From the NCBI GenBank assembly GCA_026025075.1, contig JAPEUI010000060.1, positions 62,001 through 107,495 of the forward strand: a stretch of DNA of 45,495 nt. Reading direction: 5' to 3'. Positions within the stretch are counted from its first letter, which is position 1; the number at the start of each line of letters is the position of its first letter. The notes beneath the pieces were generated by a model. The model worked only from the letters and a program-made list of their open reading frames with translations. It did no database searches and had not been told where the DNA came from. The position numbers and the translations under genes were made by a program. Shown here one piece after another: positions 22,972 through 35,084 of this stretch. This DNA comes from Vezdaea acicularis. Lineage: Eukaryota.

Positions 22972-23210
22972 GGGGTGACTGGCTTTGGGAAAGGTGTAAG
23001 GCCGCGTGTCGACTGGCCTCGGCGCATGTCCACGCGTGCTTATCTCTGTCTAGTTCACAGTCCATCATAGGAGGGAGCAGGGCTTGTAGGATAGATAATT
23101 CAGAAAAAGTCTATATTATCGAGCTAAGTCGTGAGGCATTACCCTACCAAGCATTCCCACCCCCTAAGCCCCTCGTCTCGCAAAAAGCCCTTTTGGTCTC
23201 TCCTACCTTT

Positions 23211-24844
23211 CTACGACGGTTTATAAACATGCACGGCCCTCGCGACGCAGTACGCCAGAATGCCTCTCGGGCCCCACTCGCTCCCGAGCCCACTCTCCTT
23301 CCAGCCGCCGAACTCGACATGCGGATCCGGCTTGGCCCAACTATTAATGAACACGCTACCACACTCGAGCTTGTTCGCGATTTGATGCGCGAGCGCGAGA
23401 TCAGCTGTCCAGACCGAAGCGGCGAGACCGTGCGAGAGCGCGTTGGCGGCTTGAATGGCGTCGGTTGCATCCGGGGAGGAGAAGGGGAGGGTGGGTAGGA
23501 TGGGGCCGAAGGGTTCTTCGAGCACGATTTTGGAGTCGACGGGGGGGTTGTCGACGAGAGTTGGTTGGATGAAGTAGCCGGTGCTAGTGGGGTCGAGAGA
23601 TCCGCCGATGGCGTAGTGGTAGCCCTTCTCTTCGCTTTCTTTGAAGAAGGAGGAGACGCGCTCGTATTGCATCTCGTTCTGGACGGGGCCGAGGATCGTC
23701 TCGGCTTTGGTCGTGTCGCCGGTGGTGAGCTTTTTCGTGGCGGCGACGAGGGCGGCGAGGAATTTTTTGTAGATGGAGGCGTGGATGTAGATGCGTTTCG
23801 TGGCGACGCAGACTTGGCCGCTGTTAAAGAAAGCGCCCATTGCGACTTCCGGCGCCACTTTGGCTATGTCCACGTCTGGGAGGACGATGCACGGGTCATT
23901 GCCGCCAAGCTCGAGAGTCACGCGTTTCAGCGTCCTGGCACAAGCCTCCATGATGCGTTTTCCGGTGTTGGTGCTCCCGGTGAATGAAATCTTCTGGATG
24001 TCATGGTGAGCGGTCATCCAAGGTCCGAGTTGGTCGTCGCCTCCGAGAACTTGTACGACACCGGGCGGGAAGAAAGACTGGGCTATCTCAACCAGTTTCA
24101 GGGCCGTGTAGGGCGTGAAAGGGGAGGGTTTGACGATGATGCAATTCCCGGTGACGAGGGCGGGAGCAATCTTGCCGACGGAGAGGGTGAGTGGAAAGTT
24201 CCAGGGGCAAATGGCCCCCACGATGCCAAGGGGGTGATATGTTGTTTCCACGGTCTTTTCCTCATCCTCGAACTTGTCAACCGGCAGCTTTACTTGAGCT
24301 AAGACAACTTAGTATATAGCAGTTATGAGATATGCTGAGGGCTTCATTGGAGCCTGGGCGGAGGAGACGGGTCCTCACTATGTGCAATAAACCACCCGCT
24401 ATAGGTCAACTCTACTTCCCTTCGTGCATGGGTCCTCTAGAGGGGTTTATATGCTCAGCCTTTGTAGCAAGCGCTGTTCGCTCAAAGTATGCACAAAGAT
24501 GCCGTTGCATACTTCGCAACCGTTGAGGGACTCACTGGCTTCCCGCTCTCCTTGAGTAGCAACTCCGTAAATTCATCCTTGTACGCTATGTAAGCGTCTG
24601 CGAAGGCCTTGAGCAGTGTCTGTCTCTCTTCAAAGGGCACTTGGCTCCATGCTGGGAAAGCTTTCCTCGCTGCTACAACCGCATCATCAAGGTCTTGGCG
24701 CGTTGCAACCGGAACACGCCATAGCTTTTCCTTGGTGGCGGGATTGATCCCCTGATAGTAGCTTTCAGCATTCCGAGGCTTGCCATCAATGATATTCGAG
24801 AATGAAGTGAAGTCAACCGGAGCTTTCATAGTTTTGGCTGCCAT
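23211..24844 (-). CDS. NAD(P)-dependent aldehyde dehydrogenase; exons 24844-24536, 24436-24379, 24298-23211
   Basis: ESGKP, PWNFP, KPSP, FTGST, catalytic ELGGND and GQVC, EEPFGP, FGGWKESG. A 58-nt middle exon (RTHARREVELTYSGWFIAH) lies between introns 24535-24437 and 24378-24299 and keeps frame. Confidence 0.95.
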
Positions 24845-25743
24845 GGCCAGACTTGGAAGTAAAGAGTGGACGGTAAAGGAAACCCGGTGTTCTTGACATG
24901 AGCTTTAGGAAATGATTGAGTGTAGGTACTCTTTGAGACGTATGATCGTTCAGAACCACCGAGGGAGAATATGTCACGAAGGACCTTGTAATGGGCAAAG
25001 GCTTAAGTAGCTTTGAGGAATCTAAGAACGGTGAGAAAGTTCACCCGAAAGACATGCATTCAGCTGCAAGCCGGGCGTATGATCTTCCTTGATTGGTGGG
25101 GCGCAAGCACAAAGGAGGCAAAGTGAATGGGTTAAATATGCGACGAATGGGCCTAGATTGATGGGATATTTCGGAATCACCATAGCGCAGCATCTTCCAC
25201 AAGCCACGGACAAAAACGAGTGGTGGTCATCCAAATTCCCGACCTCTCGGTGTCCCGAAGCCAAAGAAAAGACAACAGGCGGTCCATTGGGCATGGTCCA
25301 ATCGTCATCATGTACGGATGATCCCGTTGCATGGACATCGCTTCGAACGCGTGCTTTAGCATGCCCACGTTTATGCAGAGCGAGAGCGCATGCATGAGCA
25401 CCTTAACTTCACCGCTAACTGATGCCTGACCGTAACTCCCAACAGAGACGATGCTCAATCAAGATAGTGTTCAACTTACTACTCAATAACACATAGTAGA
25501 TATGCGGGACGAAACGAGGCCCCGCGACGAGAGATAAGCGTCACGGCGTCAGAGAGTCCCACGTTATCAATCTTGGAACCGCATGGCGACGAGAGAGCAA
25601 TGGAAATGGCTGCTCCTCATCCGCGTAAATCAGTTATAACTAGGTTCCGCCCCCTCATCACCATGACCCACATTTGCATAGGAGCCATACTTAAACCTCA
25701 CGCTTCAAAGCTTGAGATGGGCAGTATTTGAATCTATTTGATT

Positions 25744-27877
25744 CTATCGCTTAAGCCTCGCAGCTTTGAATAGACTAACCTTCTTGGGGCCGCCTTCTTC
25801 CTCCGAGAAAGGGATTTGCCCCTGTTCCTCATCCTTATGGACAAACCCACCTTGCTGTTGTATCATACGATTGCGCATCTGATGGTATTTAGTAGCCACT
25901 TCTTGTTGCAGAAGCCCTTGATCGAGATCCGCATCATACAGTGAATCTGAGGGTCGACATGATTGTTCATGCTCCGTAATCTCATCCGACAAGATTCGGC
26001 CACTTGGTCCTTGATCCACTGGCTTGCCCTCGTTTTCTTGATTTATTCGCGCCAGTTCTGAGCTCGACTTCTCGTTTGCTGCAGGACGGGGACTAGTCGT
26101 TGGGCCCGGTGACTCAAGTTCCGAAAGCTTATTGATAGCGCCGCTGCTACTGCTGTGGATGGCTTGAAGTTTTGAGGTTGTCGGAAAGGATGTCTGTATT
26201 AATGGGCCTCTCCCAGCCTTGAATTTGGATTGGCGCGTGGAGTTCGTTGAATTGGATTCTAAGCCGCGTGGCTCTACGGCTGCCTTCTCAACGATTGCCT
26301 CCCGCAAAGGTGGTGCACTATGTTGCTTCTTTTTCATCATTGGGGTGGCTTTCACGGCTTCTGGACTCTTGGAAACTTCCAAATCCTCCGCAAAACGAAC
26401 TCCTTTCTTCACGGTCGAGTTGCTCTTGCCCCTCTTTACATGTGGGCCTTGAGCCGTCATTCCCCCCGTACTTGTAGTAGGCTCAGTGACGGAGATATTG
26501 GGGAGAGCGGGTCCTGCATTTTCAATCATGCTGGCATTCAAACTCTTTTCTAGCTCGGCCATTTGTTTGCGGTAGTCATCGCTAACAACCTTTCGTGTCG
26601 TCCGACCGTAATCATCCTCATCATCTTCAGCACTTACAGCCGACATATCCTCGTCTGAGTGGTCGAAGTCCGAGTCTGTCTCTTCAATCTCAAGCTCAGC
26701 GACGACAGATCCCATTTCAGATAGGCTGTACTCTAGCATCTCCCTCCGAAGTGCCGCATCTGCTTCTGATTCATTTAGTGTGGGTACTGGCTCAACTTTA
26801 TTTTCTGCTCTATCAATGGTATGTGTAGCTTGAGGCGAGCGTGGAACATGTTGGCTTTTGTGATCACCCTCCAATCTAGACGTGATCGATGGTTTTGAGT
26901 CATTCCTCAGCTCCGTGCCACTAGTAAAGGAAGTTCTTTCCGTGTGACTGCTTGGAGGCGTCCTGGTGAGAGCCATCTCCGCTTTGGATGACGACGTTTT
27001 TGCTATTCTAGCGCTCTTCACAGCAATATCACGAAGTTCTGACCCATTCTGAATGTTTTCCATGGAGGGAACGGGCGCAGGCCGGGTCGAAAGTACGTCG
27101 TCGAATGTCTGCAAGGTTGTTTCCTTGAGATCTTTCACTCCAGCCTTTGTGAGAAAGTCCCGAACCTGCGGCACGGAATCCTCTGCACGGGATGTAGTTG
27201 CCGCTGTGTGAAATAAGACTGAGGCCAACTAAAGACCAAGGGCAATACTCACAGATGATGTTCCCATCTTCGTCCAGCTCCTCTCTTATTTCTGTCAGTG
27301 GTAAATCGGCGTCAGGGAGGCTTTCTAGCTGTCCTGTCTCTCTTGTTCCCTCTATTGCCTCCAGTTGTTTCTCGATTGTCAGTATATTTCTTTGTACATC
27401 TAGATTCGATTAGGCTCAACATTCTAGCAACGGAGAACCTGTGACGATGCTTACACTCAAGCCTTTTAGTGAGAAGGTCCAAGACCTGTTTTGAGCTCCG
27501 ATATTGGCCTTGGTTTGTCCTAAGTAGATCGTTGATCTCTTTCGTAGCTCAGCGAAGCTCTTCAAAGGGCGTTGACGCTAATGACAAAGCACCTGTTTCG
27601 TTCAATATGTCTCCTCCAAATTCTCTTCCGATCCTGGACTGTTAAGATGGGTCAGCTCCATTCCTAGCTGCATGAGGTCCCTTAATTTTAAACTAACCAA
27701 CTCGTCCCCTTCATCACTTCCTTCGCAAGCTGATATTTCTTCCCTCAAATCCTCATACTCTGCATCCCACTTTTGCCATTGCTTCAGAGACTTCCTAAGC
27801 TTCTCGACGTTGCCCTCAAGCCTAAGCCGGCTCTTCTCGGAATCATGAATGTCACCTTGAACCCCTGAAGGACCCAT
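25744..27877 (-). CDS. BUD27: Unconventional prefoldin Bud27/URI1-like; exons 27877-27698, 27638-27593, 27538-27455, 27399-27253, 27203-25744
   Basis: Four introns keep frame. Prefoldin-like N-terminal coiled coil (LRKSLKQWQKWDAEYE...KRLEYVQRNILTIEKQL), LPLTEIREELDEDGNI, acidic tract with DDYGRT, KKGVRFAE, and C-terminal URI box KKVSLFKAAR. Confidence 0.88.
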
Positions 27878-28085
27878 TCTCGACTATGATCGTTGAAACT
27901 TTCGCGGGTGCTAGGCTTTGGGGTTCAGGCAGAAAGTTCTAACTTCTTCGTCACCCCGAATTCGAAAGCGGCAAGTTTCACACAAGCGTTTGCTCGCCTA
28001 GATTTAACGCCGCTTTTACCGCCACGCCTCAAATCGACATAAAATATTCGCTGAGACCGAGTCATAAGCAACGTTCATCCACACT
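27878..28085. promoter_or_regulatory. Compact bidirectional promoter between BUD27 and TFB3
   Basis: Only 208 bp separate the two divergent ATGs (27877 and 28086). Confidence 0.65.
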
Positions 28086-29204
28086 ATGTCCAGGGGCCTC
28101 GCCCGAAATGGCGCCAGTGCGCCTTCCCAGGGTGGCCAAGATGAAGGTAGGTTATGATTTCCTGAACAACAAATTGGATAATTAAATAAGTTTATAGATA
28201 TATGCCCTGTATGTCGATCCTCACGGTACCTAAATCCTACCATGCGCTTCCTAGTCAATCCAGAATGTTACCACAAGATGTGCTCTTCATGCATCGATCG
28301 CCTCTTCACCAGTGGTCCAGGACCTTGCCCTATACCTGGCTGCCCAGCCACTCTTCGAAAGGCCCGGTTTCGTCCGCAGACATTCTCAGATATCACAGTC
28401 GAGAAAGAAGTCGACAAGCGTCGGATGCTTGCAAAGATATTCAACAGAAAAGAAGAGGAATTTGAAACGTTACGCGATTGGAACGACTATCTTCAAGAGG
28501 TTGAAGATCTGACTTTTGACCTGATACACGGCATATCGCCAAAAGAGACTATGGCAAAGATCAAACAATACGAACTCGACAACGCAGAGTCAATTACAGC
28601 AAACAACTCTCGCGCCAAGGACGATGATCTTAGCTATGAGTCTCGACAAGCGGCAGAAAGAGCAGCTGCAAAACGGCGACGCGAGGCCGCGCGTCAACAT
28701 GACGAGGCAGAGAGGGCGGAGAAGACTGAGCTCCGTTACAATCTTCTTGATAAGCTCACGACGAGTGAAGCAAGCAAAGCCAAAATGCTCTCAAGAGAAA
28801 CCCAAAACAGCTTCTTGAAAAAATCATCTTCTGCGCGCAGCTGGAACAATCCACCGGGAGATGGGCTTGATGGCAAGTACACAATCCGCGGACTCAAAGC
28901 GATATCGCCAAAGGACGAAGACCTGACGCCGTTTGATCCATTTGGTGGAGCCCTTCCAAAACAACAATACTTTACGCTACAGGCAAATTACGAATACCCA
29001 TGGTTGGATGAGGCCCGGAAGGCACCGAAGATCACAGCCGGTGGTTACAAGGCTCGGGACTACTGCGCACGCTCACTCTTTGAAGCTTTTGCTGGATTGG
29101 GTGTCTTCCTGGATGAAGAGTTGGACAAGCAGGATCAGAAACCGCAAATAGCAAAGCCTCTCCCCCCAGATACTAGGGAAAGCATAGCAAATGATGTTTT
29201 CTGA
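28086..29204 (+). CDS. TFB3: TFIIH/CAK assembly factor MAT1/Tfb3; exons 28086-28146, 28198-29204
   Basis: RING finger ICPVCRSSRYLNPTMRFLVNPECYHKMCSSCIDRLF..GPGPCP..GC, then QTFSDITVEKEVD.R, WNDYLQEVE, and C-terminal AGGY....YC.RSLFEAFAGL. Intron 28147-28197. Confidence 0.96.
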
Positions 29205-29663
29205 TGATAATTGACTTCGGCTTCAACGGAGTATATGGGCTGAGCATTTACAGGGGGAATATCATAATGATAGGCGTCATGATTTCAGGAGGTTCTCAAC
29301 TCGGCCAAACTGTTACTGTAAGTGACTTCACAGTCAAATGGCTAACCTGAGCTGCTGGGTTCCAAATACTGTGAAAGCTCATTACGCTTCACATCTCGTG
29401 CAGCTTGCTCGGACATTATATTCAAGCAAGCAGGGGAATAAGAGTCCCTCGCCAAAAGCTTGGTTTAGCAGAGTCGATTCAATTAATCCCTCATACGTGT
29501 ATTTCCCACCAGGCGATCGCCTAGGTTCCATGTTGGAATGAGGCAATTTCCTAAAGCCCTTGCATATCAACCCACGTATGTTTTCCTCCGAATGAATCTA
29601 TCCATCAAGCTAGACTTCTTACTTTCGTCTGATGCCCTCTAGCTCCATCCACAAGCGCACACC

Positions 29664-30284
29664 ATGTATCCTAACATGGGTCTCTCCTTGGTTCTAGTAT
29701 TCCTTCTCGCCAAAGTAACATCTTCTTTTCCTCCTACCTGTCACGGTCGTGGCTACCAGGACTGGTGCGTCACCGTAATGGAGTGTGAATGTCTTCATCA
29801 AGGCGCACCGGACTTTCAGGTCCAGCTAAGGTGCTCCGGCGCGCGCTATCAGGATATCTTCTTCCCTCCATATGACACACTGCACCTTATACAAATATAC
29901 CGGTGCCACCGCCGATGTCACTGCCCCGTTGATGAATCATCTTGGATCAGGAAATACAAAAAACAGGTAGTGCAGGCTTGGAAGGTTGTGAGGGAAACGT
30001 GCAGAATTCCATGTAGAGATCATGCATCTTGTGCAAATGCTGGGAAGAGGGGAGGCTGTGCGGATGACCTCATATGTCAGGTAGAAAGCACAGCGTCTGC
30101 AGTCTTCTCAACGGAAGGCACGTGTACAAGCGCATCGACTCTTCAACCAGGATGGAAAAGGGACCTTGATGACATGGCTTGCCCATGTAACTCGACTTAT
30201 GTTTCGAAAGCTTGTTGTGGGATAGAGAATGGTCTTGTCCACGAGCCTACCAGCGCTAAGCTGGGGGAACTGGAGCTAACATAA
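29664..30284 (+). CDS. Small secreted cysteine-rich protein (206 aa, 18 Cys)
   Basis: Signal-peptide-like MGLSLVLVFLLAKVTSS, good start context (CACCATG), even number of Cys, KR dibasic sites, C-terminal CPCNSTYVSKACC module. Confidence 0.75.
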   Translation: MYPNMGLSLVLVFLLAKVTSSFPPTCHGRGYQDWCVTVMECECLHQGAPDFQVQLRCSGARYQDIFFPPYDTLHLIQIYRCHRRCHCPVDESSWIRKYKKQVVQAWKVVRETCRIPCRDHASCANAGKRGGCADDLICQVESTASAVFSTEGTCTSASTLQPGWKRDLDDMACPCNSTYVSKACCGIENGLVHEPTSAKLGELELT

Positions 30285-31275
30285 TCTATGGTATACTGGC
30301 GCCGGTTGATCCAAAACCACCAAAGATCATTCCGTGTAATAAGTCAAACAGATCTCAAAGCTTCATGTCAGCAAGTTGGTCTTTGGACCATTTCTCTCAT
30401 ATTAGCGTTACATGAAGGCACACGGAAGGATGCTTCTTGAAGGCCATACGACTTAGCACAAGTTGCATTCAAAGAGAATAGCAGGCAGCTTCAACTTCTA
30501 GATCCTTCTGACTTTAGGCATATCGCGAGTGAAATTGAATCCCTCGGTATTAGGACCACAGGAACATAGCTCACTCAGCCAGCCTCTATTCTCAGAACAG
30601 GCCTAGTGAAATACTTTGACAAACTTCAAGATATTGATCCCATGGGTCGTACGCGTGTAGTTGTTTCGGGTAAACCAATGAAGGATTACTTTAACTACGT
30701 AATGTATGTATTCCTTGCATGCTAGCTGTAGGAGGCGGTAAGATAGCTTGTATGAAGGTACCGAGTAAGTGCACAGAGTATCACCAGGCTTGCCCCTCGG
30801 CATATAAGCGCGCACTGCCGCGCCTCTTTGCAACACGGCGATGACGTACCATTCCGCGTGTTGCCATGCCACCAGTAGTCAGGAGCTCGAAAAGCATCCA
30901 AAACATAATGCCTAGAATGGACACGTCTGGTTTCATGCTATACTTCTGAGGCTCTGTGGAGCTCTTCCAGCAAGAAACATTGCACCATCAAACGCACATC
31001 GCGTTAGACTGCAGGTTTGCAGATCCGATCTAGAACGTGGCGGAGCGAGAGTGAATGCAAAATCTCCGCGAACGCATTTGTTGTTTCGCTTGTTGCTGGC
31101 TACGTCACCGTAAGGAACAGGCCGCTTCCGTAACCCCATAAAGACTACTTCGGTACATCACCTCTGCGACGCGCAAGCCCTCTACCTTCTCAAGCTTTTA
31201 CAAACCTCTCACTTCAGACACACTCCCTGAAACCATTCTCTGTACAGTCTTACGCTCAAAAACTCTCTGCCTATC

Positions 31276-32845
31276 ATGCATCGTACCTATTCCATGCGCC
31301 AGTCCCGGGCGCCGACGGCGTCGCAGCTGCAGAACCCGCCCCCGCCCGCTTCATCGACGAAGAACAGGTTGTTTGGCAAGACAAATATGGGTATGTTGAT
31401 TTAATACGGTAGCAAGAGATATACCTTGACTGTTTGAATTATTGCCCTTGCACATCTCCTTCGGTCCTGAGCTATTGAGCCATGGTCCGCTCTCACAGAG
31501 CGTCCGCGTTTGTCTCCACGATTCACACGGATCCGTGGGAACATCCCGCGGAAGCTCCGGAGTGTCATCACTCGTACCACTATGACTTTTCAGGAGATAT
31601 CATCCAAAAATTCTCGCGTTTCAAGGCTCACGACCGCTCCTATCATGTCTCCGAGCTCCCCAACCTTACCACACTACCTATACCAAGATTGTTTAGGCTA
31701 ACGAGGTCACTGTCTTTGGAAACTTATAGGCCATGCATTCCGAAGGCAGACTGCTGGCGCTTTCGGGCCAGACCTTGCGAAGAAGCTTGCTCAGCTCGTT
31801 AAGATGGAGAAGAACGTGATGCGAAGTATGGAGACTGTCGGCCGGGAGAGAATGGAAGTTGCCGTAAGTGATCAACTTTGCAGCACCATTGCTACGGAAT
31901 GAATATCTCACCATCGCTATTCGTTCTAGCAACAATTGTCAATTTGGGGTGAAGGTTGCGACGAGGATGTGTCGGATGTCACGGATAAACTCGGTGTCTT
32001 GATCTATGAGATCGGCGAGCTCGAGGACCAATTTGTGGACCGCTATGATCAATATCGTGTTACTATCAAGAGTATTCGAAATATCGAAGCTTCGGTCCAG
32101 CCAAGCAGAGATCGTAAGTCTAGTCCGTAACCCAAGACTAGCTCAATGCTAATCATCCCACCCAGGCAAGCAGAAGATCACAGATCAGATTGCTCAGTTA
32201 AAGTACAAAGAGCCCAACTCCCCCAAGATTGTCATTCTCGAGCAAGAACTGGTCCGCGCCGAAGCGGAGTCCTTGGTTGCCGAGGCTCAACTTTCGAATA
32301 TAACGCGTGAGAAGCTAAAAGCGGCGTTCACCTACCAATTTGATGCACTGCGCGAGCATTGCGAGAAGCTGGCTATCATTGCTGGCTATGGGAAGCATCT
32401 ACTTGAGCTCGTCGATGACACTCCTGTTACTCCGGGTGAGACGAGGAATGCGTACGACGGGTACGAGGCTAGCAAGGCGTCAGTATTCTCCAAACTCTCG
32501 TAAAGTGAGCGGTAAAGCTAAGGTCACAATAGTATCATCCAGGACTGTGAAGATGCCTTGACCAACTGGGTCACAGCAAACGCTCAGGTAAAATCAAACT
32601 TATCCACTCGTGCCCGGACTCTTTCCCAGCGGCGCAAGCGTCGCCAAGGCGAAGGAGTCGACCTTGCCGGCCAGGACCAACCTCTCAAGGATCGGGAATC
32701 TGGCCTTTGGCTCCCTGCATCTCAGCATCAAGGCAATAATGAGGAGTTCGAAGATGACGAAGAAGAGGAAGAAGAGGAGGAGGAGCACGGCGAGAAGGAG
32801 ACAGCGAACGGCGAGACAAGAGGGCGTGAGGCTGCAGCGGCATGA
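31276..32845 (+). CDS. PIL1: Eisosome core BAR-domain protein of the Pil1/Lsp1 family; exons 31276-31390, 31730-31863, 31930-32113, 32166-32478, 32533-32845
   Basis: MHRTYSMRQSRAPTASQLQNPPPP N-terminus, DVSDVTDKLGVLIYEIGELEDQF, SIRNIEASVQPSRDRK, LEQELVRAEAESLVAEAQLSNITR, DDTPVTPGETR. Four introns keep frame. PIL1 versus LSP1 naming cannot be resolved by eye. Confidence 0.96.
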
Positions 32846-33786
32846 TGTGTCGTATCGTAGCTTTTACGTCGTCTGCTTCTTCTCCTGGCAATGATTCCCT
32901 TTTTGCTCTACGGGTGCTTATGTCTTTACTTTTCCCTTGTCAATCCTTGGTGGTGGTAATAATGAGTCGATGATAGAGACGAGAGTTTTGTTGAGTCGCC
33001 CCCAACCTGTCAACTAGCCCAAAGGTAGTATACTCTACATCCTCGGTCAGAAATTTAAATGCAATACCATCAGACCGGATATGCAATTTCCACCTTAAAC
33101 GTGAAAAGATGTAAGCTTAAGCAGCTGGTCGCGTGGGGTACAGCTCGATTGGGCAGCCATACTCGAGGCAGCGGGGAGCTCCGATCAGAACACACGTAAG
33201 CGGCGCGATCTAAGATATCGGACAGATAAACGCTGGCTACTTGCCGGTCGCACGAGCCAAAGGTACAGCAGCATCCCGGGGATCAGTACCTGAAAGGGAA
33301 GGTGATCCAGGATGCCCTTTCGCAGCTTTGTAGGCTATCTTTTTCAGTTTCGGCGCAATAATTCAACACTGCTCATTCGCGCAAGGAGCAATGTCCACTT
33401 GGGTCTCTCGCCCCCAAGTTGAGGGCCAGAGGTACAGCGCAGTGCTGTGACGTATGCTGTGTGAATGCTGCTCGAAGCTAGCTTCCCCATGATAAGGTGG
33501 TAGTCGATCCGAAAAGCAATTCCCTGTCCGGCTTGGTTTAGAGCTTAGTTCTCACCTGGAATCCTGATGCGAGTACACGTACCAATGTATCTACCCCGCT
33601 ATCATGGGGGTGGAGAACTACAAGACTTGTGCGGCATTATCGTCTGCGGCACAGAAACATCGAGCAAACGTTGACTGCAATAGTAGCGCTCACCAATGGC
33701 TTTAAAGAGGGCCCATCCCGCTGCTCTGAGTTGCATTGTCAGCTCTCGTTTGAAAGGTTTGGATACTTCTCGCTTAAGCTCTCGCG

Positions 33787-35084
33787 ATGCGTTCATCGTT
33801 CCGCTCCATCCTCTTGGGCACGGCGTTCCTGAGCATCGCCCATGGATCATGGATTCCCAAGCGCGACGAACCAGCGGCAGCTGTAGTCAAGCGCGATGGC
33901 GTAATCAAGCCCAAAGTCTTCATAATTGACATGGTACCACCTCTGAACATCATTCTCTCCTTTCAACAAACCATGACCCCATACTAACCTACCCCGCCTT
34001 ACAGTTCGGACCAGAAGGCGCCGCCTGGTATGGTATCCCCGAATTCAACCTCCTCGAGAAGAATGTCACCGTCCCGGGCTTCTCGCCCCTTTACCTGGAC
34101 GCACACTGCACTGCAGACGGACAAATCTGTCAGGTGATAACCGGCGAGAGCGAGATCAACGCTGCGACTTCCATCACCTCGCTCGTCTTCTCCGGCCTCT
34201 TCGACCTCACGACGACATACTTCCTGATCGCCGGCATCGCCGGGATCAATCCAAACATAGCCACCTTAGGCAGCGTCACCTTTGCGAAATACGCTGTACA
34301 GGTCGCGCTTCAATATGAATTTGACGTCCGCGAGCTTCCCAGCAACTACACGACAGGGTACGTCCCTTTCGGCGTCACGTCCCCAGACCAGTACCCTAAG
34401 GACGTATATGGCACGGAGGTCTTTGAGGTGAACGAAGCCCTCCGCGATCTAGCGATTCAGTTCGCCAGCACCGCCGTATTGAACGATAGCGCCGACGCCC
34501 AGATCTACCGCGCCAACTATGCGCCCAACTCTCCCGGCTCGACAGCGCCCAGCGTCGTCGCATGCGATGTCGCGACGAGCGACGTGTATTACTCCGGCAC
34601 GCTCCTGAGCGAGGCCTTTGGGAACACCACGACTCTCTTCACGAACGGGAGTGGCGTCTACTGCACGACCGCCCAGGAAGACAACGCGACGCTCGAAGCC
34701 CTCCTCCGCGGTGACATCGCCAACCTGACAGACTTCAGCCGCGTGATCGTCATGCGCACCGCCTCCGACTTCGACCGCCCCTATCTCGGCGAGGCCGCCA
34801 CGACCAACCTCTTCTACGCGAACCAAGGCGGCTTCGAACCCGCGATAACCAACATCTACCTCGCCGGCATCAAGGTCGTGACCGGCATCCTCGATGCCTG
34901 GGACAGCACCTTCTGCGCGGGCGTCAAGCCGTCGAATTATATCGGCGACATCTTTGGCAGTCTGGGTGGTAGCCCCGATTTTGGGCCTGGGAGCATGTTT
35001 GGCGATGATCCGGTCATTTTGAGGAAGAAGAAGAGGGATGTGGGCAGGAATGAGAGGAGGTTCCTGAAGAGCGAGGCGGCGTAG
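33787..35084 (+). CDS. NUP-family ('purine nucleoside permease') protein with signal peptide; exons 33787-33933, 34005-35084
   Basis: KPKVFIIDM|FGPE, TGESEINAA, FDLTTTYFLIAGIAGINP, YAVQVALQYEFD, YCTTAQEDNATL, MRTASDFDRP. Intron 33934-34004 (GTACCA..CTAAC..CAG). Confidence 0.92.

Noticed and set aside
22701..23498. 265-aa plus-strand ORF
   Set aside because: Made of poly-T and (TC)n low-complexity sequence and the antisense of the ALDH 3' end.
17114..24844. Hydrolase plus ALDH as a metabolic gene cluster
   Set aside because: Separated by the housekeeping ppc89 gene; no PKS, NRPS, terpene synthase, transporter or pathway regulator in the window.
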